Source: Bacteriovoracaceae bacterium | Lineage (GTDB): Bacteria; Bdellovibrionota; Bacteriovoracia; Bacteriovoracales; Bacteriovoracaceae | Direction of reading: 5' to 3' | Assembly (NCBI GenBank): GCA_049599895.1 | Contig: JBMYPC010000031.1 | Location: 1 to 26,305 of the forward strand | Length of the DNA stretch: 26,305 nt | Part shown: piece after piece, positions 1 through 7,154 of the stretch | Layout: each line of letters starts with the position of its first letter | How positions within the stretch are numbered: the first letter of the stretch is position 1 | Notes under the pieces: generated by a model | The model's input: only the letters and a program-made list of their open reading frames with translations | Databases searched by the model: none | Told to the model about the DNA's origin: nothing | Translations under genes and position numbers: made by a program

Positions 1-1262
1 AAACTCCCTTAGAACTAAAGAATGACGATATTTGGGTTATTGGACCAACATCAAAAATGGCAGATTATCCAGAATATAAAGACTGCTATATCCCGACAAT
101 TTATGAGCAATTGGTTGATGATTGTCACGATGGGGCCAGAATTTTATTTGATGATGGAAACCTCTCTGCAACAGCGATTGAAAGAGACCGCCATGTTTAC
201 AAGATAAAAGTGACTGTGGGTGGGTCCCTAAAGTCGAATAAAGGAATTAACCTTCCTGATTGTGATGTTTCGGCACCTGCTTTTACAGAAAAAGACCGTG
301 AAGACCTGCTTTTTGCTCTTGAACAAAATATCGACTTCGTGGCCCTTTCTTTTGTACGAAGAAAAGATGACATCCTTCATGTTAAAAAACTTCTTCATCA
401 ATTTAAGCTTCACATTCCAATTGTTTCAAAGATCGAAAAGCCTCAGGCGATTGATAATTTGGAAGAGATTCTTTCCATCACTGATATGATTATGGTGGCC
501 AGAGGTGATATGGGTGTTGAAGTTGGAAATCATCTCGTTCCTTCAATGCAAAAGAAGATTATTGAAGCTTGTAATGAAAAAAATATTCCTGTCATCACCG
601 CCACTCAAATGCTTGAATCGATGACCAATGCTCCTGTTCCGACAAGAGCTGAGGCCAGTGATGTCGCCAATGCTGTTTGGGATGGAACTGATGCCGTAAT
701 GCTAAGTGGAGAGACTTCAGTTGGAAAGTATCCTGTGGAAACTGTGACTTTTATGAGCAATATTGTCGCTGAGGCAGAGAAATCTCCAAAAGAAAGACCT
801 CTTCTTAGAAATATTGACCTTTCATCAGTGAATGCTTCCGTCATGGTTGCTGCTTCAATGATTGCAGAGAAAGTTGAAGCAGAGTTTATCCTTGCCGTTA
901 CTCAAAGTGGGCATTCATGCCAAAAGGTAGCAGCCTTTAGACCTAAAACTCCTGTTCTTGGGATTACGAATAATTTAGAGACAGCGAGAAGAATGACTCT
1001 TTATTGGGGAGTGAAGCCTTTTCATCTTACAGACTTTGATGAAGATGATTATGACTTTCAAGAGGACGTGATCAATCTTGTTAAAAAAGATTTTTCTCTA
1101 AGTAACGGAGCAAAGCTTGTGATTACCAGAGGGGATGGGGCCTTCTTTGCAAAAGGAAGCTCAAACTCAGTAAAGGTTGAGATTATCAAGGATCAGCCCA
1201 AAGTTTTAGGCAGCTCTGACGTCGTTGAAGAAGTTTCTGATAAAAAAAAAGAGTTCAATTAG
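1..1262 (+). CDS. pyk: Pyruvate kinase (5' end outside window); probably continues by -1 shift into a ferredoxin-like domain ending at 1450
   Basis: Motifs KGINLP, SKIE, MVARGDMGVE, ITATQMLESM, PTRAEASDVANAVWDGTDAVMLSGETSVGKYP. The frame is open from position 3 (TPLELKNDDIWVIGPTSKM), so the true start lies upstream of the window. Confidence 0.97.
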   Translation, partial: TPLELKNDDIWVIGPTSKMADYPEYKDCYIPTIYEQLVDDCHDGARILFDDGNLSATAIERDRHVYKIKVTVGGSLKSNKGINLPDCDVSAPAFTEKDREDLLFALEQNIDFVALSFVRRKDDILHVKKLLHQFKLHIPIVSKIEKPQAIDNLEEILSITDMIMVARGDMGVEVGNHLVPSMQKKIIEACNEKNIPVITATQMLESMTNAPVPTRAEASDVANAVWDGTDAVMLSGETSVGKYPVETVTFMSNIVAEAEKSPKERPLLRNIDLSSVNASVMVAASMIAEKVEAEFILAVTQSGHSCQKVAAFRPKTPVLGITNNLETARRMTLYWGVKPFHLTDFDEDDYDFQEDVINLVKKDFSLSNGAKLVITRGDGAFFAKGSSNSVKVEIIKDQPKVLGSSDVVEEVSDKKKEFN

Positions 1263-1450
1263 ACATTAGCGTCTGTGCCGGCTGTCAAAACTGTGTTTCT
1301 GTTTGCCCACATGATATTTGGGCGACATCACAAGATGAAAAATATCGAACAATAATTGTTGCAGAGAATGTTTCCAAATGCCAGATGGACATGGAGTGCA
1401 TGGAAGTCTGTCCGACTGGAGCAATTGAAATCATTCCAAACTTTGGTTGA
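1250..1450 (+). CDS. 4Fe-4S dicluster ferredoxin-like domain in the -1 frame relative to pyk, with no start codon of its own
   Basis: Manual translation from 1250: RVQLDISVCAGCQNCVSVCPHDIWATSQDEKYRTIIVAENVSKCQMDMECMEVCPTGAIEIIPNFG* (CxxCxxCxxxCP and CxxDxxCxxxCP). In-frame TAA at 1241-1243, A9 run at 1242-1250, TGA at 1448-1450. Confidence 0.88.
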   Translation, partial: RVQLDISVCAGCQNCVSVCPHDIWATSQDEKYRTIIVAENVSKCQMDMECMEVCPTGAIEIIPNFG

Positions 1451-1453
1451 TGT

Positions 1454-2467
1454 ATGCAGGTTTTCTCACCAGAACTTCTTCAAAATCTTGGTATTGTTGA
1501 TTGGGGAGGAACTCATCGTGAGAGACCAGAGAGCTTTGATCACTTTTCAAATTGGGTCGATAAGGGACTTCATAACCCGCTCCATTATTTAGGGGATCAT
1601 CGAAAAGAGCTTCGCTCAAACCTAAAAAATGTTTTTCCCGAATATCAAACAGCACTAGTTTTTCTTTTTTCTTATGCCAAAACCACAAAAGAGTTTTCTG
1701 ATTTTTATGAAAGCGATGAAAGTAACGGGCTTCGAATGGCCTCATATGTTTTAGGCTTTGAAGGATTGGATTATCATATTGTTCTTCTAGAGAAATTAGA
1801 AAGACTAAAAAAAGAGCTTTTAAAAAGTTATCCTCAAGCAAAAATTATTCACAGTCTTGATATTCAGCCTATCCTTGAAAGAGACCTTGCCTATAGCTCT
1901 GGGCTTGGGTGGTTCGGCAAAAACTCCATGCTTATCAACCAAAAGCATGGCTCTTATTTTATTATTGGCTCTCTTTTGATTGACCAAAAAATCGATTACC
2001 CTGAGAAGCAAATTGAAATTGATCATTGCGGTAGTTGTACAAAGTGTATCGACTTCTGTCCTACTGATGCCATAGACCCAGAAGCTAGGACCCTCATTTC
2101 AGAGAAATGTATCAGTACTTACACTATTGAAGTTTTTAAACCTGAAAGAATGGATCCGCCTTCTAAGATGGAAGAGTCGAGAGGGGAAATTTATGGCTGT
2201 GACATTTGCCAGGATGTCTGTCCATGGAATCAAAAAGTTTTTAAATCCATGGAGATGGAGAGTCATTTTCTTTCAGAGAAGCTCAGTGAGAATACAAAAC
2301 TTCTTTTTGAGTTTTTTCTTTCAAGACCTAAAGAGGAAGTGATTGCAGAGCTTAAAAGCATGTCTAATAAAGCTTTTGAGAAAAAGTTTAAACAAACTCC
2401 TCTTGCCAGAACTCGAAGAGTAGGGGTTTTAAAGAATTTAGAGTTTTGGCAGAACTTAGAGTCCTAA
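1454..2467 (+). CDS. queG: tRNA epoxyqueuosine(34) reductase QueG
   Basis: Motifs DYH, ILERDLAYSSGLGWFGKN, CGSCTKCIDFCPTDAI, KCISTYTIE, GCDICQDVCPWN. Confidence 0.93.
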   Translation: MQVFSPELLQNLGIVDWGGTHRERPESFDHFSNWVDKGLHNPLHYLGDHRKELRSNLKNVFPEYQTALVFLFSYAKTTKEFSDFYESDESNGLRMASYVLGFEGLDYHIVLLEKLERLKKELLKSYPQAKIIHSLDIQPILERDLAYSSGLGWFGKNSMLINQKHGSYFIIGSLLIDQKIDYPEKQIEIDHCGSCTKCIDFCPTDAIDPEARTLISEKCISTYTIEVFKPERMDPPSKMEESRGEIYGCDICQDVCPWNQKVFKSMEMESHFLSEKLSENTKLLFEFFLSRPKEEVIAELKSMSNKAFEKKFKQTPLARTRRVGVLKNLEFWQNLES

Positions 2468-3250
2468 ATCTTTAATATGCTTTTTGATATGAGCTGCCGC
2501 GAGCTCAGGTTGATGATGGGGAAGCTTTCGTGGCTTCTCCAAAATGACTTCATTACCCTGTGATTCAAGTAACTCTTTTAAAAGATCAGCACCTTCTTTT
2601 CCAACCACAGTGTCATCTTCTCCACAGATCAAACTGACTTTTTGATTTGAAAGCTTAAGGGTGTTTTTCTCTTCTTTAATCCAACTAAAAACACTTTGAC
2701 TATCAAGGGCAGGGGAAACAAGTTGCTCTCGAACTAAGAGGGTGGACTTATAAAATGGAGTATCAAAGATATGAAGCTTTCCTTTGGGAGGCATACCAAG
2801 ACCCACAGCAAGACTTCTGGTTTTGAGCTCTTGAAACTCCTGAAGTTCAAGGGCCTTAAGACTAAGAAGACCGCCAAGACTATGCCCACCTAAGACCCAG
2901 GTGGTTGTTTCAGAATCGATTTTTTCATCAAGAGCTGAGCTTAGGTTTTCTTTCGCTTTCACAAACATCTTATGAGCATTTTGCTTAAAAGCGTCAAAGT
3001 CTGTGACTTCATTAAAGCTACCAAGGTAATGACCCGGCAGGTCAAGAACAAGACTTGGTCTTCCTTCTTCGGCTAGGCGAATAGCCCAGTTGAGTAGCGC
3101 CCCTTTGTGAGAAGTGTAGCCATGGGCCCATAAATAGACTGAGGGAAGTGACGAAACCTCGTCTAGAAGCTCCTCTGAGGGAAGAATGAGAAAAGCTTCT
3201 GTTTTCCAGTCATTGAGTTCAAGGTAAGTCTTTTGAATTTTTGTCGACAT
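2456..3250 (-). CDS. Alpha/beta-fold hydrolase
   Basis: HGY oxyanion motif, DLPGH, nucleophile elbow GHSLGG, acid GEDD, C-terminal His (LPHH). Confidence 0.85.
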   Translation of the reverse strand: MSTKIQKTYLELNDWKTEAFLILPSEELLDEVSSLPSVYLWAHGYTSHKGALLNWAIRLAEEGRPSLVLDLPGHYLGSFNEVTDFDAFKQNAHKMFVKAKENLSSALDEKIDSETTTWVLGGHSLGGLLSLKALELQEFQELKTRSLAVGLGMPPKGKLHIFDTPFYKSTLLVREQLVSPALDSQSVFSWIKEEKNTLKLSNQKVSLICGEDDTVVGKEGADLLKELLESQGNEVILEKPRKLPHHQPELAAAHIKKHIKDLGL

Positions 3251-3368
3251 AGTGTTTCCTAAAACAGAATTTTAACCAAAGAAATTTAATTTGAAGAGCA
3301 ATAAATTCGAGTTTTTAAATTGACGATGTCACCAAATTTCCTTAATTTATAAAACTCATTTTAGATGT

Positions 3369-3444
3369 GCCCTGATAGCTCAGTTGGTAGAGCAAAGGAC
3401 TGAAAATCCTTGTGTCGGTGGTTCGAGTCCGCCTCGGGGCACCA
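3369..3444 (+). tRNA. tRNA-Phe (GAA)
   Basis: 76 nt cloverleaf: acceptor stem GCCCTGA/TCGGGGC, D arm AGCTCAGTTGGTAGAGC, anticodon loop CTGAAAA, T loop GTTCGAG, encoded CCA. Confidence 0.98.
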
Positions 3445-3450
3445 TCTTTT

Positions 3451-3481
3451 AAAAAGGCTAGTTTTTGGACTGGCCTTTTTT
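3451..3481 (+). terminator. Intrinsic terminator after tRNA-Phe (possibly bidirectional)
   Basis: AAAAAGGCTAGT-TTTTGG-ACTGGCCTTTTT hairpin with A and T tracts. Confidence 0.7.
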
Positions 3482-3587
3482 ATTTTAGCTAACTCTTTCA
3501 GCGGTTCAATCAAGTCATACTCAATAGTTACATCGTCTATAGACTCCACATCAGAGACCAATTTCTGGTTCGAGTATTATTTACGTG

Positions 3588-3624
3588 TTGAGTTAACCAA
3601 TAAGTTATGTTATACTATTGGTTA
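3588..3624 (+). promoter_or_regulatory. Sigma70 promoter of the toxin-antitoxin-SLT operon with an overlapping palindromic operator
   Basis: TTGAGT (3588-3593), 17 bp spacer, TATACT (3611-3616) with an extended TG. Perfect inverted repeat TAACCAATA (3594-3602) / TATTGGTTA (3616-3624). Confidence 0.75.
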
Positions 3625-3638
3625 TGTAGGGAGACTGC

Positions 3639-3935
3639 TTGTATCAAGTTATACTAACAAAGAAATGTTCAAATGATTTATTAAAACTAAAAAAATCGGG
3701 TGATCTTTCAGATAATGATTTAATTTTAATAAGAACTTGGATTAGCGAAATGACGAATTTTGGCCCTGATTATATAAAGTTTTGTGGTCATTGGAATGAT
3801 CACAAACTTGGAGGAGAGAGGCAGGGACAAAGATCATCAAGCTTTAGTTTTTCAGGACTTATTATATATAAAGCAAAAAGTAATAAAGTTGAGATAAGTG
3901 TTGTGAAAATAACAATAGATCATAATTATAGCTAG
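3639..3935 (+). CDS. RelE/YafQ/HigB-superfamily type II toxin
   Basis: 98 aa basic protein, TTG start after SD AGGGAG. Motifs YQVILTK, NDHKLGG, QRSS, IIYK. Lies upstream of an HTH gene (higBA-like order). Confidence 0.72.
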   Translation: MYQVILTKKCSNDLLKLKKSGDLSDNDLILIRTWISEMTNFGPDYIKFCGHWNDHKLGGERQGQRSSSFSFSGLIIYKAKSNKVEISVVKITIDHNYS

Positions 3936-3944
3936 GGAGTATTT

Positions 3945-4268
3945 ATGACAAAAAAAATAGGAGCATTAGCCTTTATAGATGATCTTATTGATGGCAAAGT
4001 AACCCCTGGTAAGATTGTTAGAGCAAGAAGAGAATCCTTAGGCTTAACTCAAAAAGATGTCTCTAATCTAACTGGAATTAAAACAACCTTCTTATCTGCT
4101 GTTGAAAATGATAAAAGAAATTTAGGAGTGGATACCGCTTCTAAGATTGCCGCTGCAGTTGGTCTTCATCCATCATCTATTCTTTTTCCAGATGATTTTG
4201 AGGTAGATAAAGAAATTACAAAGATCATTAGAAAAAGAGAAAAACTTTTAAAAGCTAAGGCTGCGTAA
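3945..4268 (+). CDS. XRE-family HTH protein (HigA-like antitoxin)
   Basis: RARRESLGLTQKDVSNLTGIKTTFLSAVENDKRN is an HTH_3 signature; SD GGGAG. Confidence 0.88.
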   Translation: MTKKIGALAFIDDLIDGKVTPGKIVRARRESLGLTQKDVSNLTGIKTTFLSAVENDKRNLGVDTASKIAAAVGLHPSSILFPDDFEVDKEITKIIRKREKLLKAKAA

Positions 4269-4271
4269 ATT

Positions 4272-4982
4272 ATGGTTAAAAAATCAAAGAAGAAAACTCA
4301 CAAATGGAGAAAATGTCCATTGGGTCAGCATTGGAGAAATTCTTCTTATGTGGACAAGCATGAAAGAAGAAATGCAACGGTTAAGTCTCATTATAGAAGA
4401 GGAACTTGTGTAAAAAATAGCTCAGGTAAAGATACTCTTTATGCAGAAGAGATATTTATTATAACAAATACATACTTTGTTAAGCGAAAAACTAAAATAT
4501 CCAGCAACTCTTTAGGCTATAAAAAAGGTTCAAATTTTGACTATATTATCGATGGTTGGGTTACTTATTGGAATGATATATTAAAGCCTAAAGTTCCCCT
4601 TGACCCTGATTTTGTAAAAGTCATGATCGCTACAGAGTCCTCATTTAACGCTAAAGCAAAGGCATATGCTGGTAAAAGAGCTGGACATGCTCGTGGTTTA
4701 ATGCAGGTTACAGACCAAACTTTAAAGTTTTTAAAAGGTCATAAAACTGAAGCTAGAAACCAATTAATGATCCTGGATGAAGATGATATGGCTGATCCCG
4801 TATTAAATATAGCTGCTGGAGTTCGCTGGTTGTACCGTAAGAAACAAATAGCTGATGCTCGATATCAACAAGAATCATCTTGGCTCAAGTCGGTCATGCT
4901 CTATAAAGGCTATCGTTCGATGAACCATAAGCAAGTTCAAAAATTTATTAGACTGTATGAAAGGATTAAAAGTGAGAAGTAG
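4272..4982 (+). CDS. Lytic transglycosylase (SLT) domain protein with basic His/Cys-rich N-terminus and no signal peptide
   Basis: SLT motifs MIATESSFN (catalytic Glu), ARGLMQ, NIAAGVRWL, LYKG. Confidence 0.85.
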   Translation: MVKKSKKKTHKWRKCPLGQHWRNSSYVDKHERRNATVKSHYRRGTCVKNSSGKDTLYAEEIFIITNTYFVKRKTKISSNSLGYKKGSNFDYIIDGWVTYWNDILKPKVPLDPDFVKVMIATESSFNAKAKAYAGKRAGHARGLMQVTDQTLKFLKGHKTEARNQLMILDEDDMADPVLNIAAGVRWLYRKKQIADARYQQESSWLKSVMLYKGYRSMNHKQVQKFIRLYERIKSEK

Positions 4983-5316
4983 AGAGTTCTTTATTATGAT
5001 AGCACTTTCTTTATTTAGTCTTAATGTGCTAGCCGAGAGTAAAGTTTGTTTTAAGAACGAAGTATCGATTTACTGTGAAAGTGAATTAGTCGCTTATAAA
5101 TCTTTAAATGGATTCTTTTACTTTAGAGGCCAATATTTTGAGTTTTCAGCGAGGAGGTCTTTTCCTGATGGTTGGTGTGAATCAACGCTACAAAAGATTT
5201 TGATGATAATGCGTAGTGCTGAATATTGCATGAAATTTGATGAACAGCTAGAAGATAAAGAATTAACCTTGAATAGCATCAAAGGAGGAGGGCAGAGTTG
5301 GTCGTACTTTCAATAA
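4972..5316 (+). CDS. Small exported hypothetical protein (4 Cys), candidate partner or immunity protein of the SLT
   Basis: Likely GTG start at 4972 after AAGGA (ORF track start 4957); overlaps the SLT stop; signal peptide IALSLFSLNVLA|ESK. Confidence 0.65.
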   Translation: MRSREFFIMIALSLFSLNVLAESKVCFKNEVSIYCESELVAYKSLNGFFYFRGQYFEFSARRSFPDGWCESTLQKILMIMRSAEYCMKFDEQLEDKELTLNSIKGGGQSWSYFQ

Positions 5317-5367
5317 TTTGAAGTACGCTGGTTCTATAATCGTCTACTTGGGGGCACCATCTAAAAT

Positions 5368-5400
5368 AAAAAAGCCTCGGCTTTTGGTCGGGGCTTTTTT
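5368..5400 (+). terminator. Intrinsic terminator after the right att site
   Basis: AAAAAAGCCTCGGC-TTTTG-GTCGGGGCTTTTTT hairpin. Confidence 0.75.
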
Positions 5401-5407
5401 GTTTTAA

Positions 5408-5548
5408 GCTCGCTGATTCCAAGACAAACTTCAAGCCACCGACACAAGGATTTTCAGGCACTGACCGCAGAGCGGTCAAAAAATTCCAGTGGACTATTTT
5501 GACGCCTGTGGAACACACCATCAAGTGTGAACAGTCGGCTTTGCGAGC
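5408..5548. repeat. Structured MITE/REP-like element containing an inverted tRNA-Phe fragment
   Basis: 5436-5457 is the exact reverse complement of tRNA 3400-3421. Ends are GCTCGC/GCGAGC. Internal hairpins TGACCGC-AGA-GCGGTCA and GTCAAAAAATTCCAGTGGACTATTTTGAC. Confidence 0.7.
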
Positions 5549-5851
5549 AAAAAGTACGAAAACTCAAAACTTCGATTAAAGAAGTCATCTTCTCTTACTT
5601 TCCTTAATTCTGCATTGGACAGAGGTGAATGGCACTTTTATCCAGAAGTTTTTAATCCCTAGTGAAAAAAATGGAAACCCATTTGAGATGAAGGTTCAGC
5701 CAAAGAAGAGCTTATAACGAGTATTTATCTTAATTATTCAATATTTAACCCCGTTATCTAATTAATAGATTAACTTTATGTTGTTTATATAAATGACTCG
5801 AGTTCGTCACAATGTTACTTATTCCCTACAAAACAACTTGGGGGAATAACA

Positions 5852-6367
5852 ATGAAAACTTTTTTCTTAACAGCAATTCTAATGCTTCTATCAATCAATA
5901 CATCATTTGCAGGGCAATGCTACGGAGCTTTCAAGCAAGCAAAAGAACTCGAAAAAATAGTACAAGATGTCTACCTTGTCAGTGAAGGTGATGATACTTG
6001 GGAAGGCTTTGCCTCGTGGGCACCAATTTCTGAAATCAATGAAAAAGAAATAAGAAAAGCTTTAAGACTTGGGGAAACATATGAAGGACAAGAGGCCTAC
6101 TTTTCAATGGAAGGTCATGCTGAAGTTTATGATTTTCTAAGAAATGAAATTGAATCTTATAGTCCACAGTATTACGATGATGAACTTGCTCAAGAGAAAT
6201 TAAAGAATTTAATGGAAGCGATTTCTCAAAAATACGGAAAGAAAGTCCGATTGATCATGTTTGGTGAGGGTGATGGAAACGCAGTCTTTATTGGTGACCA
6301 TATGATCATTATGATTGATGAAATGGGATGTGTTTTAGGTCTTAAGGCTTTGACTGTTTGGACTTAA
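5852..6367 (+). CDS. Secreted nuclease A inhibitor (NuiA)-like protein
   Basis: Signal peptide ending TSFA. YLVSEGDDTWEGF, KLKNLMEAI, LIMFGE and C-terminal GCVLGLKALTVWT parallel, from recollection, NuiA LFMSESEYPFEVF, KFQKLLEVI, VYRLGE and GNLAGISTKVVET. Confidence 0.68.
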   Translation: MKTFFLTAILMLLSINTSFAGQCYGAFKQAKELEKIVQDVYLVSEGDDTWEGFASWAPISEINEKEIRKALRLGETYEGQEAYFSMEGHAEVYDFLRNEIESYSPQYYDDELAQEKLKNLMEAISQKYGKKVRLIMFGEGDGNAVFIGDHMIIMIDEMGCVLGLKALTVWT

Positions 6368-6451
6368 TTAAAAAATAATCATGATCTAATTGCTTTAGAG
6401 TTAAATTTTTAGGCTCTTGTTTTTACAAGGACCTTTTTTATACTTCTTATT

Positions 6452-6985
6452 ATGATTATTTATTTAAACGGCACTTCAAGTTCAGGTAAGACAACTGTTG
6501 CTAAACTAATTCAAGAGGAGTTTGAAGGAAGTTATTTTTATTTTTCAATCGACAGCTTACTCTATTCACTGCCTGAAAAAACATTAAAAAGTATTGAATC
6601 TGGAGGAGATCTTGCGAAACAATTAGATTGGCAAGGTATCTTTGCTTCCTATTTTGAGTGTCTCATGGCCTTAAGTCGAAATGGACAAAATGTTATTGGA
6701 GACTGTCCGATCTACTCCCAAAAACAGTTTGATTGCTTTAAAGAAAGTATTGGCGAAATAAAAGAAATCGTAAGAGTTGGTATTGATTGTCCTTTAGAGA
6801 TTCTTAATCAAAGAGAGAAAGATAGGGGTGACCGAGCAATTGGTCTTGCTGCTTCACAAGCTGAAACGATTCATCAGTTTTTACCATATGACTTGAAAGT
6901 TGATTCCTCAGAGATGAACCCACAAGAAATAGTTGATAAAATTAAAGTTCGTAGTCAATGTTTTAGGTGGCGAACTTTTGTTTAG
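6452..6985 (+). CDS. Chloramphenicol phosphotransferase (CPT)-like P-loop kinase
   Basis: IIYLNGTSSSGKTT Walker A, CPLEILNQREKDRGDR, YDLKVDSS. Confidence 0.8.
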   Translation: MIIYLNGTSSSGKTTVAKLIQEEFEGSYFYFSIDSLLYSLPEKTLKSIESGGDLAKQLDWQGIFASYFECLMALSRNGQNVIGDCPIYSQKQFDCFKESIGEIKEIVRVGIDCPLEILNQREKDRGDRAIGLAASQAETIHQFLPYDLKVDSSEMNPQEIVDKIKVRSQCFRWRTFV

Positions 6986-7154
6986 TTGTGGAGACACGCT
7001 GATTTCTCAATCTAAGCTGATTCTAAAATCCCGAAAATAGGACCTGTCTAAGAACAATTTACAATCAATTCAATCAACAAAAAACAATAGCTTGGAGATT
7101 GTTAGTTGTTTGGTTTAAAGTAGTTGCAAAGAAAACTTTAAAAAAGGATGACTC

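Larger units (their letters stand above)
3361..3576 (-). pseudogene. Probable C-terminal remnant of a site-specific (likely large serine) recombinase reading antisense into the tRNA
   Basis: YSNQKLVSDVESIDDVTIEYDLIEPLKELAKIKK...KRWCPEADSN resembles, from recollection, the tails of tRNA-targeting serine recombinases. Position and orientation next to att fit this. Closed by TAA at 3579-3577. Confidence 0.55.
3436..5362. mobile_element. Decayed integrative element (~1.9 kb) at the tRNA-Phe 3' end
   Basis: 12 bp direct repeat GGGGCACCATCT at 3436-3447 and 5351-5362, each followed by a similar hairpin with a TTTTGG loop. Cargo is a toxin-antitoxin pair, an SLT protein and an exported protein. No intact integrase. 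Confidence 0.8.

Noticed and set aside
1356..1592. 78 aa ORF-track call
   Set aside because: Wrong frame; it overlaps the ferredoxin-like domain and the queG start.
3410..3676. 88 aa ORF starting inside the tRNA
   Set aside because: Overlaps the tRNA, terminator and promoter; no SD or recognisable motif.
5279..5524. 81 aa minus-strand ORF as a real gene
   Set aside because: Runs through the structured repeat and terminator; only its WCPQVDDYRT tail is meaningful, as an att-derived segment.
5580..5717. Short open frame (HWTEVNGTF...KKSL*)
   Set aside because: No convincing start or recognisable family; at most a remnant.
6452..6985. Calling the CPT-like kinase a chloramphenicol resistance gene
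   Set aside because: The family is broad and the substrate cannot be inferred from sequence.
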